DNA of 64,000 nt from positions 32,001 through 96,000 of IMG/VR virus record IMGVR_UViG_3300028591_000117; one strand, given 5' to 3'. This stretch comes from a virus (lineage: Duplodnaviria > Caudoviricetes). The notes below the pieces were generated by a model. The model was not told the DNA's origin, ran no database searches, and was given only the letters and a program-made list of their open reading frames with translations. Positions 30,356 to 38,764 of this stretch are shown piece after piece (the first letter of the stretch is position 1; each line of letters begins with the position of its first letter). The translations under genes were made by a program, and so were the position numbers.

Positions 30356-30365
30356 TCAAAGAACT
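30352..30365 (-). promoter_or_regulatory. rRNA-leader-type boxA antitermination element
   Basis: Minus strand AAGTTCTTTGAAAA, matching the Firmicutes rrn boxA GTTCTTTGAAAA, at the 5' end of the large RNA. Confidence 0.65.
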
Positions 30366-30394
30366 TAGTGTATTTAACACTACTCTAATTAATA

Positions 30395-30561
30395 GCTGAT
30401 AATATACTTAAGATTAAAAATAGTTATATTTGTCTATATCAAGGTACCGTCTTCGATATTCCACAGCAAACTACAGCAAATCTTCTTAATTTTGGTTTAC
30501 TGACTTCATTAAGTAGAGTAACTTAATTGAAAGTCACTCTTTTAACTAGTATACTATCAGC
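30395..30561 (-). ncRNA. 167-nt structured RNA or leader domain
   Basis: GCUGAUAGUAUACU (30548-30561) pairs with AGUAUAUUAUCAGC (30395-30408): 14 bp with one G-U. Internal UGACUU/AAGUCA plus AUUAAGU/ACUUAAU hairpin. Begins just after the promoter motif. Confidence 0.6.
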
Positions 30562-30567
30562 ATATTT

Positions 30568-30578
30568 TATTATATGAA
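30568..30578 (-). promoter_or_regulatory. TTCATATAATA phage promoter driving the ncRNA transcript
   Basis: Exact copy of the recurrent motif, with no RBS or ORF downstream. Confidence 0.65.
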
Positions 30579-30604
30579 GTTTTTTAAACTTCCTATAATT
30601 AAAG

Positions 30605-30681
30605 TGGTAGGCAGAGTAGGACTTGAACCCACGACCAAAGCTGTATAAGAACCTCACTCTAACCAACTGAGTTATCTGCCT
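30605..30681 (-). tRNA. tRNA-Ile, anticodon UAU
   Basis: AGGCAGA/TCTGCCT acceptor stem with ACCA end; ACTC/GAGT D-stem; anticodon loop CT-TAT-AC; GTGGG-TTCAAGT-CCTAC T-arm. Confidence 0.92.
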
Positions 30682-30776
30682 AAAACCGTTGTTTGTTATT
30701 TAGACAGGTCCTACAACGTGAGCTGACCTCAATTAAATTATACCATAAATAATTTAAAATGTTTATACTAAATTAT

Positions 30777-30895
30777 AAAATAATAAAACACTAGCGAGAT
30801 GTAGTTATTTAACTAGTGTTTTATTATTTTGAGAATTTCTCTACATAAGATTTTGAAACCTGTATATAAAACTAAGCACCAAATTTATATACAAA
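30777..30895 (-). ncRNA. candidate small hairpin RNA between tandem extended -10 promoters
   Basis: Perfect 18-bp stem 30777-30794/30813-30830, a second tgtatataaa/tttatataca stem, and ATTTATGGTATAATTTA on both sides. Confidence 0.4.
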
Positions 30896-30927
30896 TAAAT
30901 TATACCATAAATTAGTAAAAAATAAAA

Positions 30928-31647
30928 CTATTTTTCTGAAATAGTCTTATCTTCTTTCATAACAAGTTCTCTAATCTGTTCAAGTTTATCTTCAGGTAAC
31001 ATCATCATGCTATCTAATAGTTTTCTATATTCATTATTTAAACTACCAAACTGACTATTATTTTGAACAGTTCTCATTGAAACATCTAAAATGTTTGTAA
31101 TATCTTTATTTAAATTAGTTAATGTTGATGATAAAGTTTTTAAGTCCATGTCATATAAATTTGAAGGGTCAAATAATCTTTCTTGTACTTGATTTGTATA
31201 AGCAGTTAACATAGGTATTCTAGAAAGTTGCATTAAAGTCATTATAGCTGACATTTCTTTTAGACGACCTTCAGTATCAGACATAAATTTATCTACAAAT
31301 AAAGGTTTTTCACCTTTACCTGCAATATAATTAAATAGGTCTTGTATATCTTCAGGAGTAAGACCTAGTGTAAGTTCATTTCTTTTAACTAGTACTGCAT
31401 CAAGAGGTTTTTCTTCACAAATATTTTCAATATTTTCAGGAATAGTATTAAAATTAATTTCTTGCTCTAAACTATCTTCTAACGTTTTATTTTCTAAAAC
31501 TTTAGCCATAGGAGTATCTTCAAATTTAGTATCTGAAGGAAGTTTAACCCATTGAGCTTCTCCAGTTTCTTCATTACTAATTACTTCTGGATTTTCTTTA
31601 GTCTTAGTCAACATATTCTTTAAATCTTCATCTGTAATTTTCTCCAT
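30928..31647 (-). CDS. hypothetical protein
   Basis: ORF track, strong RBS. Confidence 0.6.
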   Translation of the reverse strand: MEKITDEDLKNMLTKTKENPEVISNEETGEAQWVKLPSDTKFEDTPMAKVLENKTLEDSLEQEINFNTIPENIENICEEKPLDAVLVKRNELTLGLTPEDIQDLFNYIAGKGEKPLFVDKFMSDTEGRLKEMSAIMTLMQLSRIPMLTAYTNQVQERLFDPSNLYDMDLKTLSSTLTNLNKDITNILDVSMRTVQNNSQFGSLNNEYRKLLDSMMMLPEDKLEQIRELVMKEDKTISEK

Positions 31648-31764
31648 AATATCTCCTCCTCATTAATAAATATATAATATAATGTAATATTTAACTAGAA
31701 ATAACTTAGAGACACTCTGGAATATCTTTTAATTATATTAATATAAATATATTAGAAACTAGTT

Positions 31765-31974
31765 TTATTTAAATCTGAATAAATCTGATATCTTTTTCTT
31801 TCTAACAGTAATTAAATTACTATTTGATTTATCTGATTGAATAAATTTAAATTTTCGTGTATCTAATAACATTCTCATATCATATTGACTAGCATAGTTA
31901 ATTTTACAATTAACAGGTCTTCCTTTAAATAAGTCTTCAATATGTGCTATGTGAACAAATACCTCTATATACAT
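31765..31974 (-). CDS. hypothetical protein
   Basis: ORF track, GGAGG RBS. Confidence 0.5.
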   Translation of the reverse strand: MYIEVFVHIAHIEDLFKGRPVNCKINYASQYDMRMLLDTRKFKFIQSDKSNSNLITVRKKKISDLFRFK

Positions 31975-31978
31975 AATA

Positions 31979-34690
31979 TTACCTCCATAAGTTTACATTA
32001 TTTTTCATCTGTCTATTTCTACCAATGGTATCATCCCAGCCAGAACCTTGAGGAGAATATAGATTTGCATTATCTTCATTCTCTTCAGTAAATAAATCAT
32101 CAAAATAGTTAGAATTATCTACTTCATCTGAACTAACTTCTTCTTTAGTCTCAGTAGTTTCTTTAACTTCATAGTCTTTTTCAGTAAGCTCATCTCCAGC
32201 AGGTCCTATAATATGAAGATAATTAGGATTTTTCATTAAGTTACCATTAATATCTTCTATATACTTCATTAAACCATGAATATCATTTTTAGCAGCTACA
32301 TCATCATTCATCTTTATATATCTTTTTCCTGTAAAATCTTTAGGAGCTTCGATATATGGTTTAGTATCATACTCAAATGCTACAGTCTGACCCCATCTAG
32401 TTCCAATATCTAGACCTACTTGCATAGGAAAATCCCAGTCTTCATACCAAAGTCTCATACAAGATAGAACCATAGGTACTATAGACTCAACGTGCTGCTT
32501 AGATATATTATAATTTATTTCATCATGAACTGTATTAAGAAATTTAATATAATTACGATTTTTATTTCTAGTTTCTGGATTGGAATAAAACTTATTATAA
32601 ATATTTAAAAAACTTATCTTAAGAATATCTGCACCAGTTCCTTGAATAACTGTATTTGTGCAACTTCTAATTCCAAAGTTATACATTCCTCTATCTTTAT
32701 GTGATAAATACCATCCAAGTCTTCTAGGTCTTCCAAACATAGTTTGAGTTACTCCAGTATCTATTGTTTTTTGTTCATTTTCATGAACCCAGTTAAATAA
32801 AACTGGAGCGCTAGCTTTATAGTCATGAACTAGTTGTTCAGCTTCTTCTAATGGTATTTCAAAGTCTATAGCAAAGTTTCTTGGAGTCATTCCATATAAA
32901 ATACCAAAATTACATCTTTTTGCTTTCTTTCTCTTACTCTTATCATAGTTCTCATCACCCCAAATTTTTCTAGCCATAACCTCATGTAAGTCTCCTCCAG
33001 TTTCAAATGTATGAGACCATAGAGGTTCTCTAGTTAATAAAGCAGGAACTCTTAATTCTTGAGCACTAAAATCACAAGATACCCAATATTTATCATCATC
33101 TGGAGTAAATCCAGAACGAATATTTAAATCTTGTTGAAATCCTTCAATCTTCATTTCATGTAATCCTGGTATATTCCAAATTGACTCTTTAAATACCCAC
33201 TTTAATATTCTAAAACATTTCTCATATCCTTCTTTAAAGTCATAGTCTATAGGAACTTCAGTTACATCTTTAGTAGTATTATTAAACATACATTCTTCTC
33301 TAGGATTATCTAATTTTCCTATAAATTGAGGATATAACTCAATTAATTTATCATATTCTACATAATAACAATTTCCAATTTTTGGTTTTGTTATATTTTG
33401 AATATTACTATCTGCAAAATATGAGTTCTTTTTATCTCCACCAGCAGCTAATCTACCTGAAGGAACTACCATAGTTTTATAACCAAATCTAAGTCTATTT
33501 CCATTAGGATTATCTTTACAAAACTTTACAAAATTATCAGCATAAGTTCCTTTTTGTTTTTGATAATTAGCCATTTTCATGAGACTTTCCATAAAAATTC
33601 TCTTACTATCTTTACTATCTAGATTAAGTCTCTCAATAGTATACTGCATACTACCTTTATCTGATTTTGCTTCTCCTCTTTTATTTAAAGCTGGAATTAA
33701 AGCTCCTGAGTCTGTTGGTTCATAAGTTACAATACCTAACCTTTTAAATGCTTCAGACTTTTGTTTAGGAGAACCTGCATTTATATATCCACCATTAATT
33801 TTATTTAAAGTTTCTTGAGTTTCATCAATTTTCTTTTGATATATCTTAGAATATTTTTTCATCATATTAATATCAACATTAACTAACTCATCTTCCATCA
33901 TCATTAATGGATATAAGAATTGAGTATCAAGCTCGGCTGAGTTTTTCATATTAGGATATTTAGATTTAGGATATCGAGTTCTTCTACCAGGTTCTTCATA
34001 GTAGTCCCAAAGAGCTTGAGCTAGTAGATAAGTTCCTAAAGCATCAGTAGCTGCATAAGTATAACATTCACTAGGTCTTAGTTGATAGAAGTTCTCAGCA
34101 TCTCCTAAAGTTTCTTTAAAACTAGCACCTCTCCAACCTAAATAGTATTCCTCAGAACCTTTTAAATTAGGATAAGGTACATTAGTATCAGAGTCAAAGA
34201 TAATAGCTTGAACATCTATCATCTTATCTATATATTTAGACATATCAAACTCAAAGACTCTTCTTCTATATCTCTCATCCATAGGAATATTATTTTCAAT
34301 AAATCCACATTTTTCTATTACTCTTACATCAAATCGTTGGTTAAAAGTAAAGATATATCTTACTTTTTCTAAAGCTCTATAAAACTTCCGTACTGCTTCT
34401 ATACCTAAACTATCATTATGTTCAACTCCATTTTCATCATAGTATGGAGCATGATTTACAGGAACATAAAAAGCATTTTTTCCGTCATAACAAAAAGAAT
34501 ATCCTACAATAAAACTTTTATCTAAGTTAAGTCCTGTAGTTTCAGTATCAAATGCAACAGCAGTTCCAAATAAACTTAGTACTTTATCTAACTGGTCTAG
34601 ACTTTTTATTAAATAAAAGTTATAGGCATAAGGATATAGATTACTTATAGGAGCTTCAGGTACCCACCTTTTATAGTCTCCTTTAGGCAT
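31979..34690 (-). CDS. polA: family A DNA polymerase with 3'-5' exonuclease
   Basis: FDTETTGL, FNQRFD and YAATDA (exonuclease); SGRL, DFSAQELRV (motif A), RKKAKRCNFGILYG (B), IQGTGADI, VHDEI (C). Confidence 0.95.
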   Translation of the reverse strand: MPKGDYKRWVPEAPISNLYPYAYNFYLIKSLDQLDKVLSLFGTAVAFDTETTGLNLDKSFIVGYSFCYDGKNAFYVPVNHAPYYDENGVEHNDSLGIEAVRKFYRALEKVRYIFTFNQRFDVRVIEKCGFIENNIPMDERYRRRVFEFDMSKYIDKMIDVQAIIFDSDTNVPYPNLKGSEEYYLGWRGASFKETLGDAENFYQLRPSECYTYAATDALGTYLLAQALWDYYEEPGRRTRYPKSKYPNMKNSAELDTQFLYPLMMMEDELVNVDINMMKKYSKIYQKKIDETQETLNKINGGYINAGSPKQKSEAFKRLGIVTYEPTDSGALIPALNKRGEAKSDKGSMQYTIERLNLDSKDSKRIFMESLMKMANYQKQKGTYADNFVKFCKDNPNGNRLRFGYKTMVVPSGRLAAGGDKKNSYFADSNIQNITKPKIGNCYYVEYDKLIELYPQFIGKLDNPREECMFNNTTKDVTEVPIDYDFKEGYEKCFRILKWVFKESIWNIPGLHEMKIEGFQQDLNIRSGFTPDDDKYWVSCDFSAQELRVPALLTREPLWSHTFETGGDLHEVMARKIWGDENYDKSKRKKAKRCNFGILYGMTPRNFAIDFEIPLEEAEQLVHDYKASAPVLFNWVHENEQKTIDTGVTQTMFGRPRRLGWYLSHKDRGMYNFGIRSCTNTVIQGTGADILKISFLNIYNKFYSNPETRNKNRNYIKFLNTVHDEINYNISKQHVESIVPMVLSCMRLWYEDWDFPMQVGLDIGTRWGQTVAFEYDTKPYIEAPKDFTGKRYIKMNDDVAAKNDIHGLMKYIEDINGNLMKNPNYLHIIGPAGDELTEKDYEVKETTETKEEVSSDEVDNSNYFDDLFTEENEDNANLYSPQGSGWDDTIGRNRQMKNNVNLWR

Positions 34691-35712
34691 TAATCATCAT
34701 CTCCAAGATTATTATATGAAGTATCTTCATCTTTAATAGCTGAGACTCCATAGTAAATACAAGTTTCTTGTTTTCTATCAGTACATTGAGTGACTAATTC
34801 ACTAATAGGTTCATTATAAATATAAATATTATAAAATTTTTCTTCTTCTAATAAGCTATAAGTATTAAACTCAGTTGGTTTAGTAGTTAGAGAACCAGTT
34901 AATAAATAAAAGTTAATTACAAAAAGTTTAAGATATTTATTATATTTAATTAATGTTTTATAACCAAGTAAACTAATTAGAGCTTGAAAATCAGCTGCTA
35001 ATTTATAGTGTCCAAAATACATCTCATACTTTCCTTCAGCTTTAGTTTCTATAATATCTAGATGAATAAGAGTATCTAAAAAGTCTTGCAAATATTCAAT
35101 ATTTTTTAAGAAATACTTAGTTATTTTAGAACAATCTCTATTATATATTTCTAGAAGCTCTTTACTTTCATTATAATATTCAGTATTATCTCTATTCATT
35201 TGAACAAAGACATCACTAAAATGATAAAAGTTAAGAAGTATCTTATATAATAGTTTGCTATCAAGAGTCTTATTTTGTACAAATTTATTATCTTTTACTA
35301 TAAAGAAACTTTCTAAAATATAAGAAAGAATTAACTTATTTAAATTTGTCATCTTATATTCTTTAGAATTAAAGTTTATTACTACATTTGTATCTATTTT
35401 ATTAAACTCTTTTATATCATCTGGTATATTTTCAGATATTTTCAAATTAAATGGTTTATTAAAATAATTTTCAATAAGATTTCTATCTTTATAAGCTTTA
35501 AAGTTTCCAATATAATCTACAAAAAGCCTCTTTCCAGAAATAATATTTCGTTCAGAACTAGAACAAGTTACTATATCAAAATGACTAGTCACTTTCAAAA
35601 TGTTGTCTTCATTTATATAATAAACAAAGTCATCTTCTTTAACATCTTCAATTGGTACCATTCCTCGACCAGTTAAAATACGAGTCGAGTTGCGATAAAA
35701 TAAATTTTCCAT
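34690..35712 (-). CDS. free-standing, catalytically degenerate intein (Hint + LAGLIDADG-like) protein
   Basis: Block A-like STRILTGRGMVPIEDVKEDDFVY; LILSYILES and LQDFLDTLIHLD in the LAGLIDADG positions; KLAADFQALISLLGY block H; KFYNIYI block F. No Cys1, TxxH or terminal His-Asn. Confidence 0.6.
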   Translation of the reverse strand: MENLFYRNSTRILTGRGMVPIEDVKEDDFVYYINEDNILKVTSHFDIVTCSSSERNIISGKRLFVDYIGNFKAYKDRNLIENYFNKPFNLKISENIPDDIKEFNKIDTNVVINFNSKEYKMTNLNKLILSYILESFFIVKDNKFVQNKTLDSKLLYKILLNFYHFSDVFVQMNRDNTEYYNESKELLEIYNRDCSKITKYFLKNIEYLQDFLDTLIHLDIIETKAEGKYEMYFGHYKLAADFQALISLLGYKTLIKYNKYLKLFVINFYLLTGSLTTKPTEFNTYSLLEEEKFYNIYIYNEPISELVTQCTDRKQETCIYYGVSAIKDEDTSYNNLGDDD

Positions 35713-35907
35713 AACTACACCTCTCTATTTTATATTATGAACACGACTCCGAATTTTTCCACAGAGCATTGTGAATAAAAAATAAAAAATTTTTTAGGTC
35801 CATCGCATCGAAGAGCTTGCTCTCGTGTGCGTTATTTATACTTTAGTATAAGAATTTCTTTTAGAAATTCTTTTCTTGGTTACTTCTTTCTTATTTCCTT
35901 TTCTTTG
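35713..35907. other. candidate replication origin
   Basis: Intergenic gap within the replication module. Inverted DnaA-box pair TTTTCCACA (35755-35763) / TGTGAATAA (35770-35778), A/T tracts, agaatttct/agaaattct inverted repeat and a pyrimidine tract. Confidence 0.4.
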
Positions 35908-36336
35908 TTAATTTGATATTTGACTACATAACTCACTCTTTAGTTGAGCATAAGTACTCTGTCCAATTCTAAACTTTCTATAAGTCTCAATATTTTCTAA
36001 TGGAGCATTATCGTCAAACTCTCCAAAAATGTCATACATTTGAGACTGCTCAGCTTTAGTAAGCTTAGACCATAAGTCATTAAATACATACTCCATATTT
36101 AAATTATAGACATGTTGGTAAACATCATAAGTTCCAAATTGTCTTTGCTCATTAAAGCAATAAAAATGCCATCCGGTCTGGTCTTTAAATAACTTTGCTG
36201 CTGGAGTATTATAGTTGTCATGCATTGGACACATCATTAATCCATTAGGTTGAACATTAATATCAATGTCTTTTAATATCTTAGGTAAATTTCCATAATA
36301 ATTTATTACAAATATCTTAAATAGCTTAGAATTCAT
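35908..36336 (-). CDS. stand-alone primase-type CHC2 zinc-finger protein
   Basis: CPMHD...PAAK......FYCF; no TOPRIM domain follows. Confidence 0.7.
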   Translation of the reverse strand: MNSKLFKIFVINYYGNLPKILKDIDINVQPNGLMMCPMHDNYNTPAAKLFKDQTGWHFYCFNEQRQFGTYDVYQHVYNLNMEYVFNDLWSKLTKAEQSQMYDIFGEFDDNAPLENIETYRKFRIGQSTYAQLKSELCSQISN

Positions 36337-36398
36337 TTTAGATACCTCCTTTAAACATTTTTATTTTCTAATATAAATTATTAACTTTTAATAAAAAG

Positions 36399-36431
36399 TG
36401 TCCCAGAATTAACTTGGTGAACTCTGGGACA
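36399..36431 (-). terminator. hairpin / terminator
   Basis: tgtcccaga...tctgggaca stem followed by a U-tract on the minus strand. Confidence 0.6.
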
Positions 36432-36437
36432 TATCTT

Positions 36438-37859
36438 TTACATTCCACTTAATAAACTATCTAAATTTATCTCATCTGAAGAGTTATTATTTTCAAATGG
36501 ATTAAATGGAGAGTCATTATTATCAAATACAGCACCAACTTGTTGAGCTTGAGTTTGATAACCATTTCCAACTAGATAGTACTCAGGTCTTACAGAGACA
36601 GCTTGAGGTTCTAGCATAACTTCACCATATCTATTTTTTAATATTTGAACTTGTAGCTGTCCTGAAGCTCTAAGTTCATCACTATTAAATACTGAAATTA
36701 CACAAGTAGCTCCTCTTTCTAGTTCATTACTTTCAGCAAGACCAGTTAATAGATATTGTCCTCCATGTTTATAAGCATACTCATATCCTTGTCTTGAAGT
36801 TTGTGATACCATAGTTACAGCATAATTTTGTCTTGCTGCTAACTGTCTAAAATAAGAAGCATAAGTATTTATAACTTGATATGGGTCTTTATTTGCAGAC
36901 TTCTCATCATATTTTAGTAGTTGAGCATGGTCTAAATAAATAGCAAATAAACCATTTTTAGTTTCTTCTATAAATCTTTTTTCAGTATTTCTTATTACCT
37001 CATTAAACTTTTCTACACCATAAGTACCAAGCATAGACTCGTCATAAATCATTATTTTACCAGGTAAACTCATAACTTCATTATAGATTTTACTAAACTT
37101 TTCTTTATCTTTATAAATAAGTTTATTCATATCTTCTCTTTTAATAGGTTCATTAGTACAAGAAATTGTATATAAAGACATTAAACTAATAATAGCTTCT
37201 TCAGCACTTACTTCTAATGAAAAATATAAGCAATTATAACCCATCTGCATAGCAATAAAGCATTGGTTTAGAGCTAGTGTAGTTTTTAATGAACCAGTAT
37301 ATCCAGCAATAATATTAAATGATTTATGTGTTAGTCCTGGATAAACTTCATCAATAAAATCAATTCCAAATGGAACTCCTCTTTCAGGTTCTTCTTTATT
37401 AATAATCTCTTTTAACTTTTCTTCTGAGAATGTAGATAATACTTTATCTTTATCAGTATCTATATAACTATTATTAATTAATTCTAGTAACTTCTCTTTA
37501 GAACTTTCTAAAGTATCTCCAGGTTTAGTTACATCCATTAATATATTAGTTACATCAGAAGAAAATTTCATTTTTCTTTTATTTTGAATAAATATTTTAG
37601 TTAAATCTTCTAAAGAGTTTTCACTAATAGTATTTGCATTAGTAAATGTAATATCTCTACTTACTAAAGTTCCTGAGTCAGGAATACCTCCAACATCATT
37701 ACATAAGTTATTAAATGTATCAAGGACTTTCTTTTCATCAGTATCTAGTCCATCAAATAGATTTAATTGGTCTATAACATACTGAATTTTCTCTTTATCA
37801 GATGCTTTAGTGACAGAATATAATAAATCGTATATTGTTGCATAAGTTCCATCTACCAT
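36438..37859 (-). CDS. DnaB-like replicative helicase
   Basis: AGYTGSLKTT, FSLEV, YLDHAQLL, VSQTSR, LAESNELER, LKNRYG. Confidence 0.9.
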   Translation of the reverse strand: MVDGTYATIYDLLYSVTKASDKEKIQYVIDQLNLFDGLDTDEKKVLDTFNNLCNDVGGIPDSGTLVSRDITFTNANTISENSLEDLTKIFIQNKRKMKFSSDVTNILMDVTKPGDTLESSKEKLLELINNSYIDTDKDKVLSTFSEEKLKEIINKEEPERGVPFGIDFIDEVYPGLTHKSFNIIAGYTGSLKTTLALNQCFIAMQMGYNCLYFSLEVSAEEAIISLMSLYTISCTNEPIKREDMNKLIYKDKEKFSKIYNEVMSLPGKIMIYDESMLGTYGVEKFNEVIRNTEKRFIEETKNGLFAIYLDHAQLLKYDEKSANKDPYQVINTYASYFRQLAARQNYAVTMVSQTSRQGYEYAYKHGGQYLLTGLAESNELERGATCVISVFNSDELRASGQLQVQILKNRYGEVMLEPQAVSVRPEYYLVGNGYQTQAQQVGAVFDNNDSPFNPFENNNSSDEINLDSLLSGM

Positions 37860-38567
37860 CTAAAACACCTCCTCATCATTAATTTCTTTACTCATTTTAC
37901 TATATGTTTTTTGTTGGTTGTTTTTGATTATAGTATCACTATTAAAATTCTCTTTCTTATATTGAATTCCAAAGAGTTTTTCTTCAATAGGACTAAACTC
38001 TTTCTCAGTTCCTAAAAATAAAATAATTGTTATTAAACCAGAAACTCCACGATAATCAACTAAATTTTTAAATAATTCATAATAATATTTTTCACTATAA
38101 CCGTCTTTACCTTTATATACATATTTATTAGCCATAACAAAGAGAATATCTGTTTTGTGTATCTTATTAATTTCTTCATAATTATTCGTAATATTTAAAC
38201 TATAATACTTATCAACTGAAACAGTGTCATAAGTAAGACAGTCATTACCACCTTTAATTATTTTAGAAATCATATCACTATATTCTCGCCAGTTAGCTAA
38301 AAAGTTAAGATATAAATGAAACTTTAATGAGTTTACTATTCTATAATCAGTTTGTTTAAAAAATATAACTAAAGTTTTATCTCTACAAACATTTAAATCT
38401 TTTTTAGAAACAAACTTAATTATATCTTCTGTTGTTTGAGCTGGTATAAAATCATTTATTATTGGTTTAAATACTTTTTCTACATGTTCTTTAGGAGGAC
38501 TAAAATAACCTTTATAGACGTTTTCTTTAGTGTCTAGTTTACTTTGTAAAAAGTTTCTTCTGTCCAT
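37860..38567 (-). CDS. degenerate DnaC/IstB-like helicase-loader protein
   Basis: KTDILFV...S...ELFKNLVDYR...LITII matches the DnaC C-terminal half; no Walker A; directly upstream of dnaB. Confidence 0.45.
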   Translation of the reverse strand: MDRRNFLQSKLDTKENVYKGYFSPPKEHVEKVFKPIINDFIPAQTTEDIIKFVSKKDLNVCRDKTLVIFFKQTDYRIVNSLKFHLYLNFLANWREYSDMISKIIKGGNDCLTYDTVSVDKYYSLNITNNYEEINKIHKTDILFVMANKYVYKGKDGYSEKYYYELFKNLVDYRGVSGLITIILFLGTEKEFSPIEEKLFGIQYKKENFNSDTIIKNNQQKTYSKMSKEINDEEVF

Positions 38568-38568
38568 C

Positions 38569-38736
38569 TTACTCCTCCTTTTCTAAAAATAACTTAACAT
38601 CACCATTAATTATCTTTACAAGAGAAATCATTTTTTGCTTCTCATATAAAGTATATAAATCTTCTAGTGTTAGAGTTCTTACTTCTTTTTCTTTATTTTC
38701 AACTTTTATAAAGTCATCTAACTTAAACTCTTGCAT
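38569..38736 (-). CDS. small hypothetical protein (55 aa)
   Basis: AGGAGGTG RBS; manual translation MQEFKLDDFIK...FLEKEE*. Confidence 0.6.
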   Translation of the reverse strand: MQEFKLDDFIKVENKEKEVRTLTLEDLYTLYEKQKMISLVKIINGDVKLFLEKEE

Positions 38737-38764
38737 AAGACACCTCCTACTTTAATTATTATGA

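Noticed and set aside
29490-30600. CRISPR array, group I/II intron, tmRNA or RNase P as the explanation for the non-coding gap
   Set aside because: No regularly spaced repeats, no interrupted flanking gene, no tRNA-like tmRNA ends, and no RNase P GAGGAAAGUCC-type motif visible.
30640-30652. Reading the tRNA as an ochre suppressor (UUA) that could rescue the helicase UAA
   Set aside because: The 7-nt loop CUUAUAC puts UAU at positions 34-36. Read-through would also not restore the helicase frame.
33130-33390. Intein in the DNA polymerase insert between NIQNI and NIRSGF
   Set aside because: About 90 aa with no intein terminal motifs; treated as a lineage-specific insertion.
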